DNA of 64,000 nucleotides from an uncultured Alphaproteobacteria bacterium (GCA_963710045.1 CAVPZO010000038.1:4792-68791); one strand, 5' to 3'. Positions 1-12,126 are shown, numbered from the stretch's first letter. Made by a program: numbers and translations. Notes: generated by a model from the sequence alone, not told the origin.

Positions 1-1400
<1,400 letters not shown>

Positions 1401-1852
1401 GCCGCTCGCGCTCCCTATGACTTTGGTCCCCTCAGCATTCCCGCCAACAGGCTGACAATGCTGCACGATCCGCACCCTGACAACGGCCTTGAGATGAACT
1501 TTGCGAGCACCCGGGCCGGATCGTTAGAACGCGTCGAAATCCAGCCTCTCAAACCATAATTCGCAGCCTCTCGCAATGCAGTAGTAGGGCTTGGAGCGAT
1601 GCATTCACCGCTCACCTCCCAGCATCGCATTTTCCCGAGGAATCGGGCGAAACGCCCATATTTGCAGCGGGACAGCGCTTGACAGCCGGATTGTCCGATG
1701 TAGGCACAGAGAGGTCGCTCTACAGCAACCTGATTCGCGTGAGCGGCCCGTTCCGGCGCCTGGATTGCTTGAATACCGCCTTCAAGGCGCCGTCATTGCC
1801 GATCAGTCCAATGTTTCAACCAGTTTGCCAGAACCTTGAGGGATCGACCCGG

Positions 1853-2374
1853 ATGGGGTTTTCGAGACAGCAGACAAAATTCCAGATCGCGGCCGGCGCC
1901 CTTGCCGCCGCGCTGTTTTTCGGCCTCACCGCCACAGCCGGCGCCCAGGGCGCAGTCCGCTCGGTGCATGGCGACTGGCAAATCCGCTGCGACACCCCGC
2001 CGGGCGCGCAGGGCGAGCAATGCGCCCTGATCCAGAGCGTGGTGGCGGAAGACCGCTCCAACGCCGGCCTCACCGTGATCGTGCTGAAAACCGCCGATCA
2101 AAAAAGCAAGCTGATGCGGGTGGTGGCGCCCTTGGGCGTGCTGCTGCCGTCCGGGCTTGGCCTGAAACTCGACAATGTCGACGTCGGCCGCGCCGGCTTT
2201 GTCCGTTGCCTGCCCAACGGCTGCGTTGCCGAAGTCGTGATGGACGACAAGCTGCTCGGGCAATTGCGGACGGCGAAGACGGCGACGTTTATTATTTTCG
2301 AGACGCCGGAAGAGGGGATCGGGTTTCCGCTCAGCCTGAACGGGATCGGCGAGGGGTATGATAAGTTGCCGTGA
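1853..2374 (+). CDS. invasion-associated locus B (IalB) family protein
   Basis: Signal peptide, HGDWQIRC, PLGVLLPSGL, RCLPNGC motifs. Confidence 0.88.
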   Translation: MGFSRQQTKFQIAAGALAAALFFGLTATAGAQGAVRSVHGDWQIRCDTPPGAQGEQCALIQSVVAEDRSNAGLTVIVLKTADQKSKLMRVVAPLGVLLPSGLGLKLDNVDVGRAGFVRCLPNGCVAEVVMDDKLLGQLRTAKTATFIIFETPEEGIGFPLSLNGIGEGYDKLP

Positions 2375-2379
2375 GGGGG

Positions 2380-4941
2380 CTACGTCGTGTCTTGATCGCC
2401 GATCCGGTATCTTTCTCTTAAAGCTGCAGCTTCTTCAATGCGACCAAGCGAGTTTAGAAGGGTGGCATTCGCGTAAGCGGAGGCTTGCGTTGAACGGTGC
2501 GTGGAACCAAGTACTTTCTCACGAATCGTGAGAGCGCGCTCGTAGAGTAGCTGTGCCTCAGTAAGTTTGCCCTGAACGGCAACGAGTTCTGCGAGATTGC
2601 TAATATCTGTCGCTGTCTCCGGATGTTCTGGCCCAAGCGCCTTCTCATCAATCGCCAACGCACGTTCGAATAAGCGCCTCGCTTCGTCCAAATTATTTTG
2701 CATTTGCAAAACGATAGCAAGGTTATTTAGGCTGGTCGCTGTATAGGGATGGTGAGGACCAAGTACTTGCTCGCAAATTTTTAGCGCTCGTTCAGAAAAC
2801 TGCCGGGCCCCCTCAAGGTCGCCAAGGATTCGCAATAGGCCGCCCAGATTGTTAAAGCCCATTGCTACATCAATGTCGTCGGGGCCCAACACTTTCTCAT
2901 TGATCGCTAACGCACGCTCGAATAACGACCGAGCGCCCTGATAGTCGCCCGATTCATAAAGCAACGCCGCAAGGTTGTTCAGGGCTGTTGCCGTGTGGGT
3001 GCTTTCCGGACCGAGCACCTTTTCGTTAATAGCCAACGCACGCTCGAACAATGTCCGTGCACCCTCAAGATCGCCCTGCGCCTGCAATACGGCACCGAGA
3101 TTGTTGAGGCTTCTTGCCGTACCGGGATGATCTGGGCCAAGTGTCTTCTCGCGGATCGCTAATGCGCGTTCAAGTAGCGGTTGCGCCACGGCGTAAGCGG
3201 CAAGAGGTCCTTGTCTATATGCAGCAAGCCGGTTAAGCAGAACACTCTGTACTGTGTCCGCGCCCTCAGGTAGCGGCACATCGTTGGCGACGAGTGCGAC
3301 CGCTAGCGCATCCAGACGACGCGCTTGTGGCCAAGTTTTAGGATCGTTAAATACGCCTCCTGGATAGACAGCGACCATAACCTCCACGAGTTTCCGACGT
3401 TCCGCTTCTAACTCCTCCTCCGTGCGCCGCGCGGCTGCAACTTGACGAACTAAGCGATGCAAGCGGATGCAATCTGTTGTAATCGACGGATCTCGCTCAT
3501 CCGCAATAGACTCACGGTCGATGAGCGCGAAGGCACGAAGTACCGCGACCGCCTCGTCGAGGCCGTCGCCCGCGAGCGAGGATGCTAAAGGCTCCCCAAA
3601 ATGCTCCCGGGCTTCAGAGAACAGGAATAGCGGAATCGGCTCCGGTGCGAGTAACGCAGCATAAACAATCAGCTGTTCGACGGCAGGATGGAGTTTCGCT
3701 GCCTCGTCAATCGCGAGCGAAAAAGTCTTAGCAACAGTCATGTGATCGTAGTAGTCGGCAGGGGCATCCCTTCCCGTATCAAGCAAGCTCACAGGCATAG
3801 CGCCAAAGCGCGTCAAATAATCGGCCAAAGAAATGCCGAGGCGCTCACAATAAGCAGCCGCCTGCTCATGCGCTAGCGGTAGACCGCCAAGCGCTTCTGA
3901 TAGTGCTAGGGCCGCATCACGTTCCGTGCTCCGTCCGGACCGCGCGATCAGGTAGTCCGCGCCAATTTCATTCGGCCAAATCCTGATCTCAAGAGGTACA
4001 GCGATTTCGCGCCAGTTCGGTGAGTTTGACGTGACGATCACTCGCGCCGCACCGCTTCGCGGCAAATACCTTCTAAGCTCATCAACGCTAATAGCGTTAT
4101 CATAAATGAGAAGAATTCCCTCTCCGTCGTAACGCAACTGCTCCAAAACCGCAGCGACGGCAAATTCTTCTTTTTCGTCCGCTGCTACCCATTGAAGGCG
4201 AACACCGAGGCCGACCAAATCAGCACGCATCGTGGCTTCGGTCTCCGCTTTAATCCACCATGTTGCGCGATAGTCACCGAGTTGTCGCTCTGCATAGGCA
4301 GCCGCAAGTGTAGTCTTCCCCACACCACGTAAGCCATGCAACGCGACGGCCGCGACATGCTCCTGGTCGCTTTTCAACGCTCTATCAATAGCGGCAAGAT
4401 GATGATCGCGACCAAGAAAGTAACGCGGCACGCTAATTGGGACATTGGACAAACCCTGTGTGTTTCCAGGAAAATCCAATCGCGTGGCTAGTGTATCTGC
4501 AATCGGCGCAGAAGATCCTGGAAAAGACGGGCGTCGCGGTGGTTTTCCCGTGGGTCCTACAAAAGCTGTGAGCCGGGCTTCCGCATCCTTTTCAGAAATT
4601 CCAAATATTTCGCATCGTTTAAATTGAGCGAGAAGGGTCGGGGCTTCGACCGCTTCAACAAAGACCGGCCGTATGGAATCAACTCTAGCTTTTGTCTCGT
4701 GCCGGATAGCCGATTTTACTTCAATCGAAGAGGACGGACTTGCCAGGTAATTTTTGCTAACCACCACAAGTACTAAGTCTGCAGTACTCAGATGCTCTTC
4801 TGCCCAAGCCGAAATATTCGTGCCTTGCTCGACCTCCCAGTCAGCGATGTGCGGCACATGACCGAGATGCGTCAATTTTTCGCCAATCCAAGACGCCCAC
4901 TCTCGATCAGCTTTTGCGTATGAAACGAAAATATCAGCCAT
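2380..4941 (-). CDS. TIR - NB-ARC/STAND NTPase - TPR protein (NLR-like)
   Basis: DIFVSY TIR start; Walker A GLRGVGKT; Walker B LLIYDNA; about 6-7 42-aa TPRs (ALAIxEKxLGPxHPxTAxSLNNL); visibly lower GC than flanks. Confidence 0.92.
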   Translation of the reverse strand: MADIFVSYAKADREWASWIGEKLTHLGHVPHIADWEVEQGTNISAWAEEHLSTADLVLVVVSKNYLASPSSSIEVKSAIRHETKARVDSIRPVFVEAVEAPTLLAQFKRCEIFGISEKDAEARLTAFVGPTGKPPRRPSFPGSSAPIADTLATRLDFPGNTQGLSNVPISVPRYFLGRDHHLAAIDRALKSDQEHVAAVALHGLRGVGKTTLAAAYAERQLGDYRATWWIKAETEATMRADLVGLGVRLQWVAADEKEEFAVAAVLEQLRYDGEGILLIYDNAISVDELRRYLPRSGAARVIVTSNSPNWREIAVPLEIRIWPNEIGADYLIARSGRSTERDAALALSEALGGLPLAHEQAAAYCERLGISLADYLTRFGAMPVSLLDTGRDAPADYYDHMTVAKTFSLAIDEAAKLHPAVEQLIVYAALLAPEPIPLFLFSEAREHFGEPLASSLAGDGLDEAVAVLRAFALIDRESIADERDPSITTDCIRLHRLVRQVAAARRTEEELEAERRKLVEVMVAVYPGGVFNDPKTWPQARRLDALAVALVANDVPLPEGADTVQSVLLNRLAAYRQGPLAAYAVAQPLLERALAIREKTLGPDHPGTARSLNNLGAVLQAQGDLEGARTLFERALAINEKVLGPESTHTATALNNLAALLYESGDYQGARSLFERALAINEKVLGPDDIDVAMGFNNLGGLLRILGDLEGARQFSERALKICEQVLGPHHPYTATSLNNLAIVLQMQNNLDEARRLFERALAIDEKALGPEHPETATDISNLAELVAVQGKLTEAQLLYERALTIREKVLGSTHRSTQASAYANATLLNSLGRIEEAAALRERYRIGDQDTT

Positions 4942-4975
4942 TCGTACTCTCTGTGTTTGATCTGTCGAGATATCG

Positions 4976-5447
4976 CTAGCTACTCACGGGTGGCGGAACT
5001 TGTTTTGGGCTAGGCGGCCCCCCTGGAAAGGGCTGTCTCTGATCGGGCTTTTTTGCCGGGGTCAGAAAGTCTTTGAGGCGTAACCGGGCCTCTTCTGCGG
5101 AAACATCGTACAGATCACAGCGCTTAATGGTCGCGAATAAGGTAGGAACGTCACAAGCTTCGATAAATACCGGCAAAGCAAAATTTGGCCTATCTGTTAC
5201 AGCGGCCCATTGAGCGGCGCGACGTTCCCATTCCGAATAAGGCTTGGTCTGATATATCTTGCTGATCACGCACAAAATATGGTCGGCTTCTTGATGCCGG
5301 CTTTCCATCCAGGCCATAATATCGCCGCCGCCCGACACTTCCCAGTCATGGAGATGTGGGGTGTGACCGAGTATCTTCTAGTGCGAAGCCAATCCAGAAC
5401 GCCCAGTCGCGATCGCTCGACGTATAACTGACAAAAATATCCGCCAC
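4976..5447 (-). pseudogene. stand-alone TIR domain gene with +1 frameshift near 5375
   Basis: GTG 5447 VADIFVSYTSSDRDWAFWIG..., continuing in another frame as LGHTPHLHDWEVSGGGDIMAWME...KRCDLY; paralogous to the TIR of 2380-4941. Confidence 0.8.
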
Positions 5448-5568
5448 GCCTGCCCTCGATGCGGGCGAATCGGGTCTGTTCTGCTCCCGCAACCCCGCCC
5501 CCGAAAGACTATCTTGATCCCATCGCTGCACGCAACGAAATAGGCCCGTTAACGTCTCCGCCCGACTC

Positions 5569-6065
5569 CTAAAACACCACCGCCATACAGACCACATTCT
5601 CATACACGCCATCGACCAAAACCGCGTCGCGCTGCACGCCCTCGATCGCAAAACCTTCTTTCCTGTAAAGCTCGATCGCGCCGCTGTTGTGCTCCCGCAC
5701 CGTCAACTCGACCCGGTGCAGCCCAAAGGCGCGCGCCGCTGCGAGCGCCCTTTTGGTCAACTTCGTGCCGATCCCATGGCCGCGGAATTGCGGCAACAGC
5801 CCACTCCGAACACCCCGCGATGGGCCTGGGTCGGCCTGCTCATCAGCGTCACATCGCACCAGCCGACGACCTCGCCATCGGGCGAGACCGCGACGAACTG
5901 GGGATGGCCGCGCCTGATATTGTCGAGCACGAACGCCCGCGTCGCCTCGAGCGGCGGGGCTTCCAGGAACGCCAGATATCGCCGCTCCCGCGCCACGATA
6001 TCGAGGGCGCGATGAAAGCCGTCGATATGGCCCTCGGCTATCGGGACAATTTCGACCGCGTTCAT
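5569..6065 (-). CDS. GNAT acetyltransferase, frameshifted near 5800
   Basis: N-half MNAVEIVPI...HRGVFGV and C-half LLPQFRGHGIG...HRVELTVREHNSGAIELY join if one G is restored in a G run. Confidence 0.85.
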
Positions 6066-6151
6066 GTTCCGGCCATGAGGCCAATTCCGCCCCTCGCGGA
6101 ATGGCCGGGAAACAACTATCTTGGATTCGACCCTCCGACAACGGAATGCCC

Positions 6152-7577
6152 ATGACCAGCCTCGCCACCTCCTCCCTGCTCGACCGCGCCAATCTCGACC
6201 GCGATGCCGTCCGCCACGAAGTCGCCCGCGGCCTTGCCGGTGCCGACGACGGCGAGCTATTTCTCGAATACGCCCAGACCGAAGCGCTGATGTTCGACAA
6301 TGGCCGCCTGAAGCAGGCGACCTACGACACCAGCCAGGGGTTCGGCCTCCGCGCGGTGAAGGACGACGCGGTCGGCTATGCGCATTCGTCCGACGTGTCG
6401 CTGCCGGCGCTGATCCGCGCCGCGGATGCGGTCGCGGCGGTGCGCGGCGGCTACAGCGGCAGTTTTGCGGCGGCGCCCGCGCATACCAATGTGCGGCTCT
6501 ATGGCGACGACAATCCGCTCGACGCGCCGGGCTTCGAAGCCAAGGTAAAACTGCTGGCCGAAATCGACGCCTATGTCCGCGACAAGGATCCGCGGGTGCG
6601 CCAGGTGTCGGTCAGCGTCGCCGCGACCTGGCAAATGGTGGAAATCCTGCGCCCCGATGGCGAGAGCTATCGCGACATCCGCCCGCTGGTGCGCCTCAAC
6701 GTCTCGGTCGTGGCCGGACAGGGCGACCGCCAGGAGAGCGGCAGCAAGGGCTATGGCGGCCGCGAACCCTATGCGCGCTTCATCGAGACAAAAGCGTGGC
6801 GCGAGGCCGCCGACGGCGCGATTCGCGAAGCCATGGTCAACCTCGAATTCGGTGCCGGCGCCCGCCGGCGAGATGGATGTGGTGCTCGGTCCCGGCTGGC
6901 CCGGCGTGATGCTGCATGAAGCGGTCGGGCATGGGCTGGAAGGCGATTTCAACCGCAAGCAGACCTCGGCTTTCGCTGGATTAATGGGCCAGCAGGTCGC
7001 TGCAAGAGGCGTCACCGTGGTCGATGACGGCACCATTGCCTCGCGGCGCGGCTCGCTGTCGATCGACGACGAGGGCACGCCGACCAACCGCACCGTGCTG
7101 ATCGAGGACGGCGTCCTGGTCGGCTACATGCAGGACCGCCAGAACGCCCGGCTGATGAACATGAAGCCGACCGGCAACGGCCGCCGCCAGAGCCACGCCC
7201 ATGTGCCGATGCCGCGCATGACCAACACCTACATGCTCGCCGGCCAACGCGATCCGGCGGAAATCCTCGCCTCGGTGAAGAACGGAATTTACGCGGCCAA
7301 TTTCGGCGGCGGCCAGGTCGACATCACCTCGGGCAAATACGTGTTCCAGTGCACCGAGGCCTACAAGATCGAAAACGGCAGGATCGGCGCGCCGCTGAAG
7401 GGCGCGATGCTGATCGGCAACGGCCCGACCGATCTGCATCGCATCACCATGATCGGCAACGATCTGGCGCTGGATTCCGGCATCGGCACCTGCGGCAAGA
7501 ACGGCCAGGGCGTGCCGGTCGGCGTCGGCCAGCCGACGCTGCGGATGGAGCGGATCACGGTGGGAGGCACGGGATGA
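6152..7577 (+). CDS. tldD: metalloprotease TldD, frameshifted near 6848
   Basis: [11 protein letters not shown] motif and [19 protein letters not shown]-terminus; an extra T in GAATTCG splits the ORF. Confidence 0.92.
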
Positions 7578-8344
7578 GCGCGAAGACGGCACCGCAAGAA
7601 TTGACGGCGCGAGGCTGGCGCGGCCAACTGGCCCAGGTCGCGGCGATCGTGGCAATCGTTTTTCTCGGCAAGGCCGCGGTGGCCGAGCCGTTCTATGTGC
7701 CGTCGCCTTCGATGGAGCCGACACTGTTGATCGGCGACGCCATGCTGGCCTCGAAATATCCTTACGGTTACGGCGCGGCGTCGCTGCCGATCCACATCGC
7801 CTTTCCCGAGACCGGACGGCTGTTCGGCGCAATGCCGAAGCGCGGCGATGTCGTGGTGTTCCGCTGGCCCGGCGACCGATCTCGAGCCTGGGTGAAGCGC
7901 GTCGTCGGGTTGCCCGGCGACCGCATCCAGATGCGGCAGGGCCAACTCTTCATCAATGGCGACCCCGTTGCGCTGAAGCCCGACGGCATCGGCAACGTCG
8001 AGAACGACGATGGCGGCACCGAACCGGCGCGGCGCTATATCGAAACGCTGCCCGGCGGCGTTTCGCATACCATTTTCAAAACGGCCGACAATGGCCGGCT
8101 CGACAATACGCCCGAGGTGACGGTGCCGAAGGACCGGCTGTTCGTGATGGGCGACAACCGCGACAACTCCGCCGACAGCCGCGTCCCCGTGCGTGAAGGC
8201 GGCGTCGGGCTGCTGCCGACGGACAATCTGGTCGGACGCGTCGATGCGATCGTCGGATCGTGGGATTTCGCCACCAAGAGCCAGCCGGTGTGGACCTGGC
8301 TGTCGGGCTTCCGCGTCGCGCGGTTCTTCACCAGCGTGCACTAG
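7574..8344 (+). CDS. lepB: signal peptidase I
   Basis: PSPSMEPTL (Ser), [10 protein letters not shown] (Lys), [11 protein letters not shown]; ATGA overlap with tldD stop. Confidence 0.93.
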   Translation: MSAKTAPQELTARGWRGQLAQVAAIVAIVFLGKAAVAEPFYVPSPSMEPTLLIGDAMLASKYPYGYGAASLPIHIAFPETGRLFGAMPKRGDVVVFRWPGDRSRAWVKRVVGLPGDRIQMRQGQLFINGDPVALKPDGIGNVENDDGGTEPARRYIETLPGGVSHTIFKTADNGRLDNTPEVTVPKDRLFVMGDNRDNSADSRVPVREGGVGLLPTDNLVGRVDAIVGSWDFATKSQPVWTWLSGFRVARFFTSVH

Positions 8345-8353
8345 CGCAGCGTC

Positions 8354-8695
8354 GTGACCTTCGACGATGTCCGACATATCGTGCTCGCCTGGCCAGAGGC
8401 TACGGAGGGCACATCATACGGCACCCCCGCACTCAAGGTGCGCAAGAAGCTGCTGGCGCGGCTAAAAGAAGACGGCGACAGCCTGGTGGTGCCTGGTGTG
8501 CCGCAAGACGAGCGCGACATGCTGGTCGAGCGCGCACCGCAGGTGTTCTATTTCACCGATCATTATCGCGATTATCCGATGGTGCTGGTCCGCCTGTCGA
8601 AGGCGAAACGCACAGATGTCGAGCCACTGCTGCGGCGGCACTGGCGGACGCTGGCGTCGAAAGGCGCGATCAAGGCATTCGACGGCCGCCAATAA
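8354..8695 (+). CDS. MmcQ/YjbR family protein
   Basis: SYGTPALKVRKK, HYRDYPMVLVRL motifs. Confidence 0.8.
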   Translation: MTFDDVRHIVLAWPEATEGTSYGTPALKVRKKLLARLKEDGDSLVVPGVPQDERDMLVERAPQVFYFTDHYRDYPMVLVRLSKAKRTDVEPLLRRHWRTLASKGAIKAFDGRQ

Positions 8696-8746
8696 TGAGC
8701 CAGGCGGACTTTGCGACGCGCCAAGAATCTGATCGATTTCCGATTC

Positions 8747-9319
8747 ATGAACACGAGCGACCTTCTCGCCGCGGCACTGCGCAATCCGGTCAATGAAGCC
8801 ATCGTCGGCGAGTTATTCCGGCTGGCGTTGCCGGACGCGTGGATCGTTTCCGGATGCCTGGTGCAAACCGTATGGAATGTGCTGACCGCGCGCCCGGTCG
8901 GTTACGGCATCGACGACTACGACATTTTCTATTTCGATCCCGATACATCGTGGCAGGCCGAGGACGCTGTGATCGGCAAGTTGCAGGATAGCCTTGCAGC
9001 GCACGGGGTGAAAATCGAGGCGCGGAACCAGGCGCGCGTCCATCTCTGGTATCCGCAGAAGCACGGACTGCCCTACCCGGCGCTGCAATCATCGCCGCAA
9101 GGCATCGACCGCTTCCTGACCAAAAACACCCGCATTGGAATTCACCGCACCCTGGGCGGCTACGACGTCTATGCGCCGAATGGCTTTGACGATGTCGTCC
9201 GCATGATCGTCCGGCCGAATCCCGGACCGAATTTTTCCGCAGAAAGTTACGATGCGAAGGCGACGCGATGGAAAAAGTTGTGGCCGGAAATCACGTTGTT
9301 GCCTGCCGATGCGCTCTGA
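8747..9319 (+). CDS. nucleotidyltransferase family protein (DUF925-like)
   Basis: SGCLVQTVWN, DYDIFYFD, NQARVHLW motifs. Confidence 0.82.
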   Translation: MNTSDLLAAALRNPVNEAIVGELFRLALPDAWIVSGCLVQTVWNVLTARPVGYGIDDYDIFYFDPDTSWQAEDAVIGKLQDSLAAHGVKIEARNQARVHLWYPQKHGLPYPALQSSPQGIDRFLTKNTRIGIHRTLGGYDVYAPNGFDDVVRMIVRPNPGPNFSAESYDAKATRWKKLWPEITLLPADAL

Positions 9320-9330
9320 TCGCGCAGCGT

Positions 9331-9429
9331 CGTAGGGCGGGTTAGCGCCGAAGGCGCGTAACCCACCGGCTGAGTTTTCCGCGAATCCGGACGGTGGGTT
9401 ACGGCGCTGCGCGCCTAACCCACCCTACG
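9331..9429. repeat. GTAG-type REP doublet (inverted pair)
   Basis: CGTAGGGCGGGTTAG...CTAACCCACCCTACG; related copy at 16009-16097. Confidence 0.85.
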
Positions 9430-9437
9430 GCTCAGCC

Positions 9438-9992
9438 CTACCGCACCACGCCCGAAATAAACCCCGGCTTGCGCCGCGGCGGCTTGATGTCCTTTTTCAG
9501 ATAGCAGTGCGCGTCGCGACCGACATAGCCGGGCCTTGCATAGGTCCAGGCGCGGCATTTGTTGTCGGCGGTGCACGCCGCCTTGCAGGCGTCCTCGCCC
9601 TCGCTGCCTTGCAGATCGAAATTGCGGTAGTCGCCGCCGAACCGGTCGATCGACGATTCGACCTGACCTGTGCGCTGCTCGACCACGCCCGCGCCGCGCA
9701 CGCCGGAGACGCAGCAATTGTTCTGGGTGCGCGCCGGCACATTGTTCTTGAGCCAGCACACCGCACCTCCGGCGGCATCGGTGGGATAATTGAAGCTCCA
9801 GGCGCGGCAGCGCCGGTCGCGCTCACAGGTGAGCGCGCAATCCACCGGATCGCCGGAGGGAACCGGCGCGCTGGTGTAGTCGCTGCCGGGCCGGTCAAAA
9901 TTGGCCTGCGCCTGCGCGGGTCGCGTGGCTGTGACGTTCGCGCCAACAAGGAGCGTCAGCAAACACGCCTTGAGCAGGCGGGCTCTCCACAT
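9438..9992 (-). CDS. secreted protein with two PAN/Apple domains
   Basis: Signal peptide; two repeats DRxGxDY...C...C...CRAW...CxLK. Confidence 0.85.
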   Translation of the reverse strand: MWRARLLKACLLTLLVGANVTATRPAQAQANFDRPGSDYTSAPVPSGDPVDCALTCERDRRCRAWSFNYPTDAAGGAVCWLKNNVPARTQNNCCVSGVRGAGVVEQRTGQVESSIDRFGGDYRNFDLQGSEGEDACKAACTADNKCRAWTYARPGYVGRDAHCYLKKDIKPPRRKPGFISGVVR

Positions 9993-10086
9993 ACGTAGTT
10001 GCTTCCGATCAGGATGTGGTTGTTACGAACCGCCATTTGACGGCCGGGTTTCTGTACGTCAGATGAACGGCATCCAACGCGCTGAT

Positions 10087-11457
10087 CTAGAAGGCATATT
10101 CCTGATACGCCGGGTCCACCGAGCGCTGCCAGGGGCCGTGGAATTTTTCCAGCATCTCCTCGGCCGGAGTGCGTCCGGCATCGAGGATCCGGTCCAGCGG
10201 ATCGAGATGCCGCGACTCGTCGCGGCCGAGATGATCGACATGGCCGCGCCGGCGCAGGCCCGCATGCGCCAGTATCAGACACTCCCTGGCGATCTCGAAC
10301 AGATAGCGGTCCCGGATCCGGGCCTTGAAGCCGAGTCGCGGCACGTCGTCGCGCAGCGCCTGCCGCTGCTGCGCGGTCCATGTGCGAACGATATCCCACG
10401 CCGCGTTGAGGCTGGTGTCGTCGTACAGCAGCCCGACCCAGAACGCCGGCAGCGCCGGCAGCCGCCCCCACGGCACGCCATCGGCACCGCGCATTTCCAG
10501 ATAACGCTTCAGCCGCACCTCGGGGAAAATCGTCGACAGATGATTGGCCCAGTCCGACAGCGTCGGCCGCTGGCCCGGCAACACATTGTTCCTGCCCTCG
10601 AAGAAGGCGCGGAACGAGGAACCGGCGACGTCGATATACTCATCGCCGCGCTTGACGAAATACATCGGCACATCCAGCGCGTAATCGACCCAGCGTTCGA
10701 ATCCCATGCCGTCCTCGAACGCCCACGGGATCATGCCCGAGCGCGCATTGTCGGTGTCGCGCCATATCTCCGAGCGGAACGACAGGAAGCCGTTTGGCTT
10801 GCCCTCGGTGAACGGCGAATTGGCGAACAGCGCGGTCGCCACCGGCTGCAGCGCCACCGACACCCGCAGCTTCTTGACCATGTCGGCTTCGGAGGAGAAG
10901 TCGAGGTTGGTCTGCACCGTGCAGGTCCGGTACATCATGTCGAGGCCGTATTCGCCGACCTTCGGCATGTAGTTGGTCATGATCTTGTAGCGGCCCTTCG
11001 GCATCACCGGCATCTGTTCGCGCGACCATGACGGCGTCATGCCGAGCCCGAGGAATCCGATACCGAGCGGAGTAGCGATCTCGCGCACTTGGGCCAGATG
11101 CGCCATCAGCTCGGACTGGGTCTGATGCACGGTTTCCACCGGCGCGCCCGACAGTTCAAACTGCCCGCCGGGCTCCAGCGAGATCGCGCCGCCGCCGGTC
11201 ACGTCGTACAGCCCGATGATGTTGCCGCGCTCCATGATCGGTTCCCAGCCGAGCAACAGCTTCATGCCTTCCAGCAGCGCGCCGATGCCGCGCACGCCTT
11301 CATACGGAACGGGGTTGTAACCCTGAAGCGTGAACGGAGTTTTTTCATGCTCGGTGCCGATGCGGAATTCGGACACCGGCTTCACGCCCGCTTCCAGCCA
11401 CGCCACAAGCTCGTCGCGCGATTGCAGCGGCGTCATATCGATCTGGTCACGCGCCAT
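10087..11457 (-). CDS. gshA: glutamate-cysteine ligase
   Basis: IGTEHEK, LEPGGQFELSGAP, FPEVRLKRYLEMRGAD. Confidence 0.96.
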   Translation of the reverse strand: MARDQIDMTPLQSRDELVAWLEAGVKPVSEFRIGTEHEKTPFTLQGYNPVPYEGVRGIGALLEGMKLLLGWEPIMERGNIIGLYDVTGGGAISLEPGGQFELSGAPVETVHQTQSELMAHLAQVREIATPLGIGFLGLGMTPSWSREQMPVMPKGRYKIMTNYMPKVGEYGLDMMYRTCTVQTNLDFSSEADMVKKLRVSVALQPVATALFANSPFTEGKPNGFLSFRSEIWRDTDNARSGMIPWAFEDGMGFERWVDYALDVPMYFVKRGDEYIDVAGSSFRAFFEGRNNVLPGQRPTLSDWANHLSTIFPEVRLKRYLEMRGADGVPWGRLPALPAFWVGLLYDDTSLNAAWDIVRTWTAQQRQALRDDVPRLGFKARIRDRYLFEIARECLILAHAGLRRRGHVDHLGRDESRHLDPLDRILDAGRTPAEEMLEKFHGPWQRSVDPAYQEYAF

Positions 11458-11553
11458 ACTAATTCCGGATGTGGGGCGTTTCGACCGAACGCGCGCGGTG
11501 TGGGGGATGACTGCAGACCGATCGATCCGCGGACACTGGAGGTGAGAGTAATA

Positions 11554-12042
11554 TCATCGCGCGGGCGCGGCGTCTCTGGCGGCCAGCGCCGGCGCCTCAT
11601 CGCAAGAACAGCCGAGGCGATCGAGCAGGCCGCAGAGTTTTGCCGCGTCCAGGTCGGACAGTTTCGAGCCGACGTGCTTTTCGATCGCGGCCGAATACGC
11701 GCTCCACATCTTCTTCTGCAGTTCGCGCCCGGTTTCGGTGATTTCCACGAACTGGCCGCGCTTGTCGATCTTGCATTCGCGGCGCGCCGCCAGCCCCTCG
11801 TCCACCAGCCGGTCGATCAGCCGCGAGGTCGAATATTGCGGGATCAGCATCTGCCTTTCCAGCTCCACCGGGCGCATTTCCCCGGACGGCGCGCGCGATA
11901 ATTCGAGCAGCGCGTCATACCAGGCGAGCGGCGGGAAGCCGGCCTTCTTCAGCTCCTGCTCGACGGCATCGAGCACCCGGCTCTGCACCCGCATCAGGCG
12001 GATCCAGGCTGCGGTTGCCTCGGTCGATGGTTTGCGTTTCAT
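11554..12042 (-). CDS. MarR family transcriptional regulator
   Basis: SRLIDRL...DKRGQFVEITETG winged helix; divergent from gst; start uncertain. Confidence 0.88.
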   Translation of the reverse strand: MKRKPSTEATAAWIRLMRVQSRVLDAVEQELKKAGFPPLAWYDALLELSRAPSGEMRPVELERQMLIPQYSTSRLIDRLVDEGLAARRECKIDKRGQFVEITETGRELQKKMWSAYSAAIEKHVGSKLSDLDAAKLCGLLDRLGCSCDEAPALAARDAAPAR

Positions 12043-12081
12043 GGCTTCGTCCATATCTGACGGATCAGTGTACCGCACTAA

Positions 12082-12126
12082 ATGCAGCTGCATCAATCTT
12101 GACTATTTCATGCAGATGCATTTAAT
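12082..12126 (+). promoter_or_regulatory. gst promoter with two palindromic operators
   Basis: ATGCAGCTGCAT (12082-12093) and ATGCAGATGCAT (12110-12121) flanking TTGACT, followed by TTTAAT. Confidence 0.6.

Noticed and set aside
2480-3200. Periodic ~126-bp repeats as a CRISPR array or DGR
   Set aside because: They are degenerate coding TPR units; no spacers, cas genes or reverse transcriptase.
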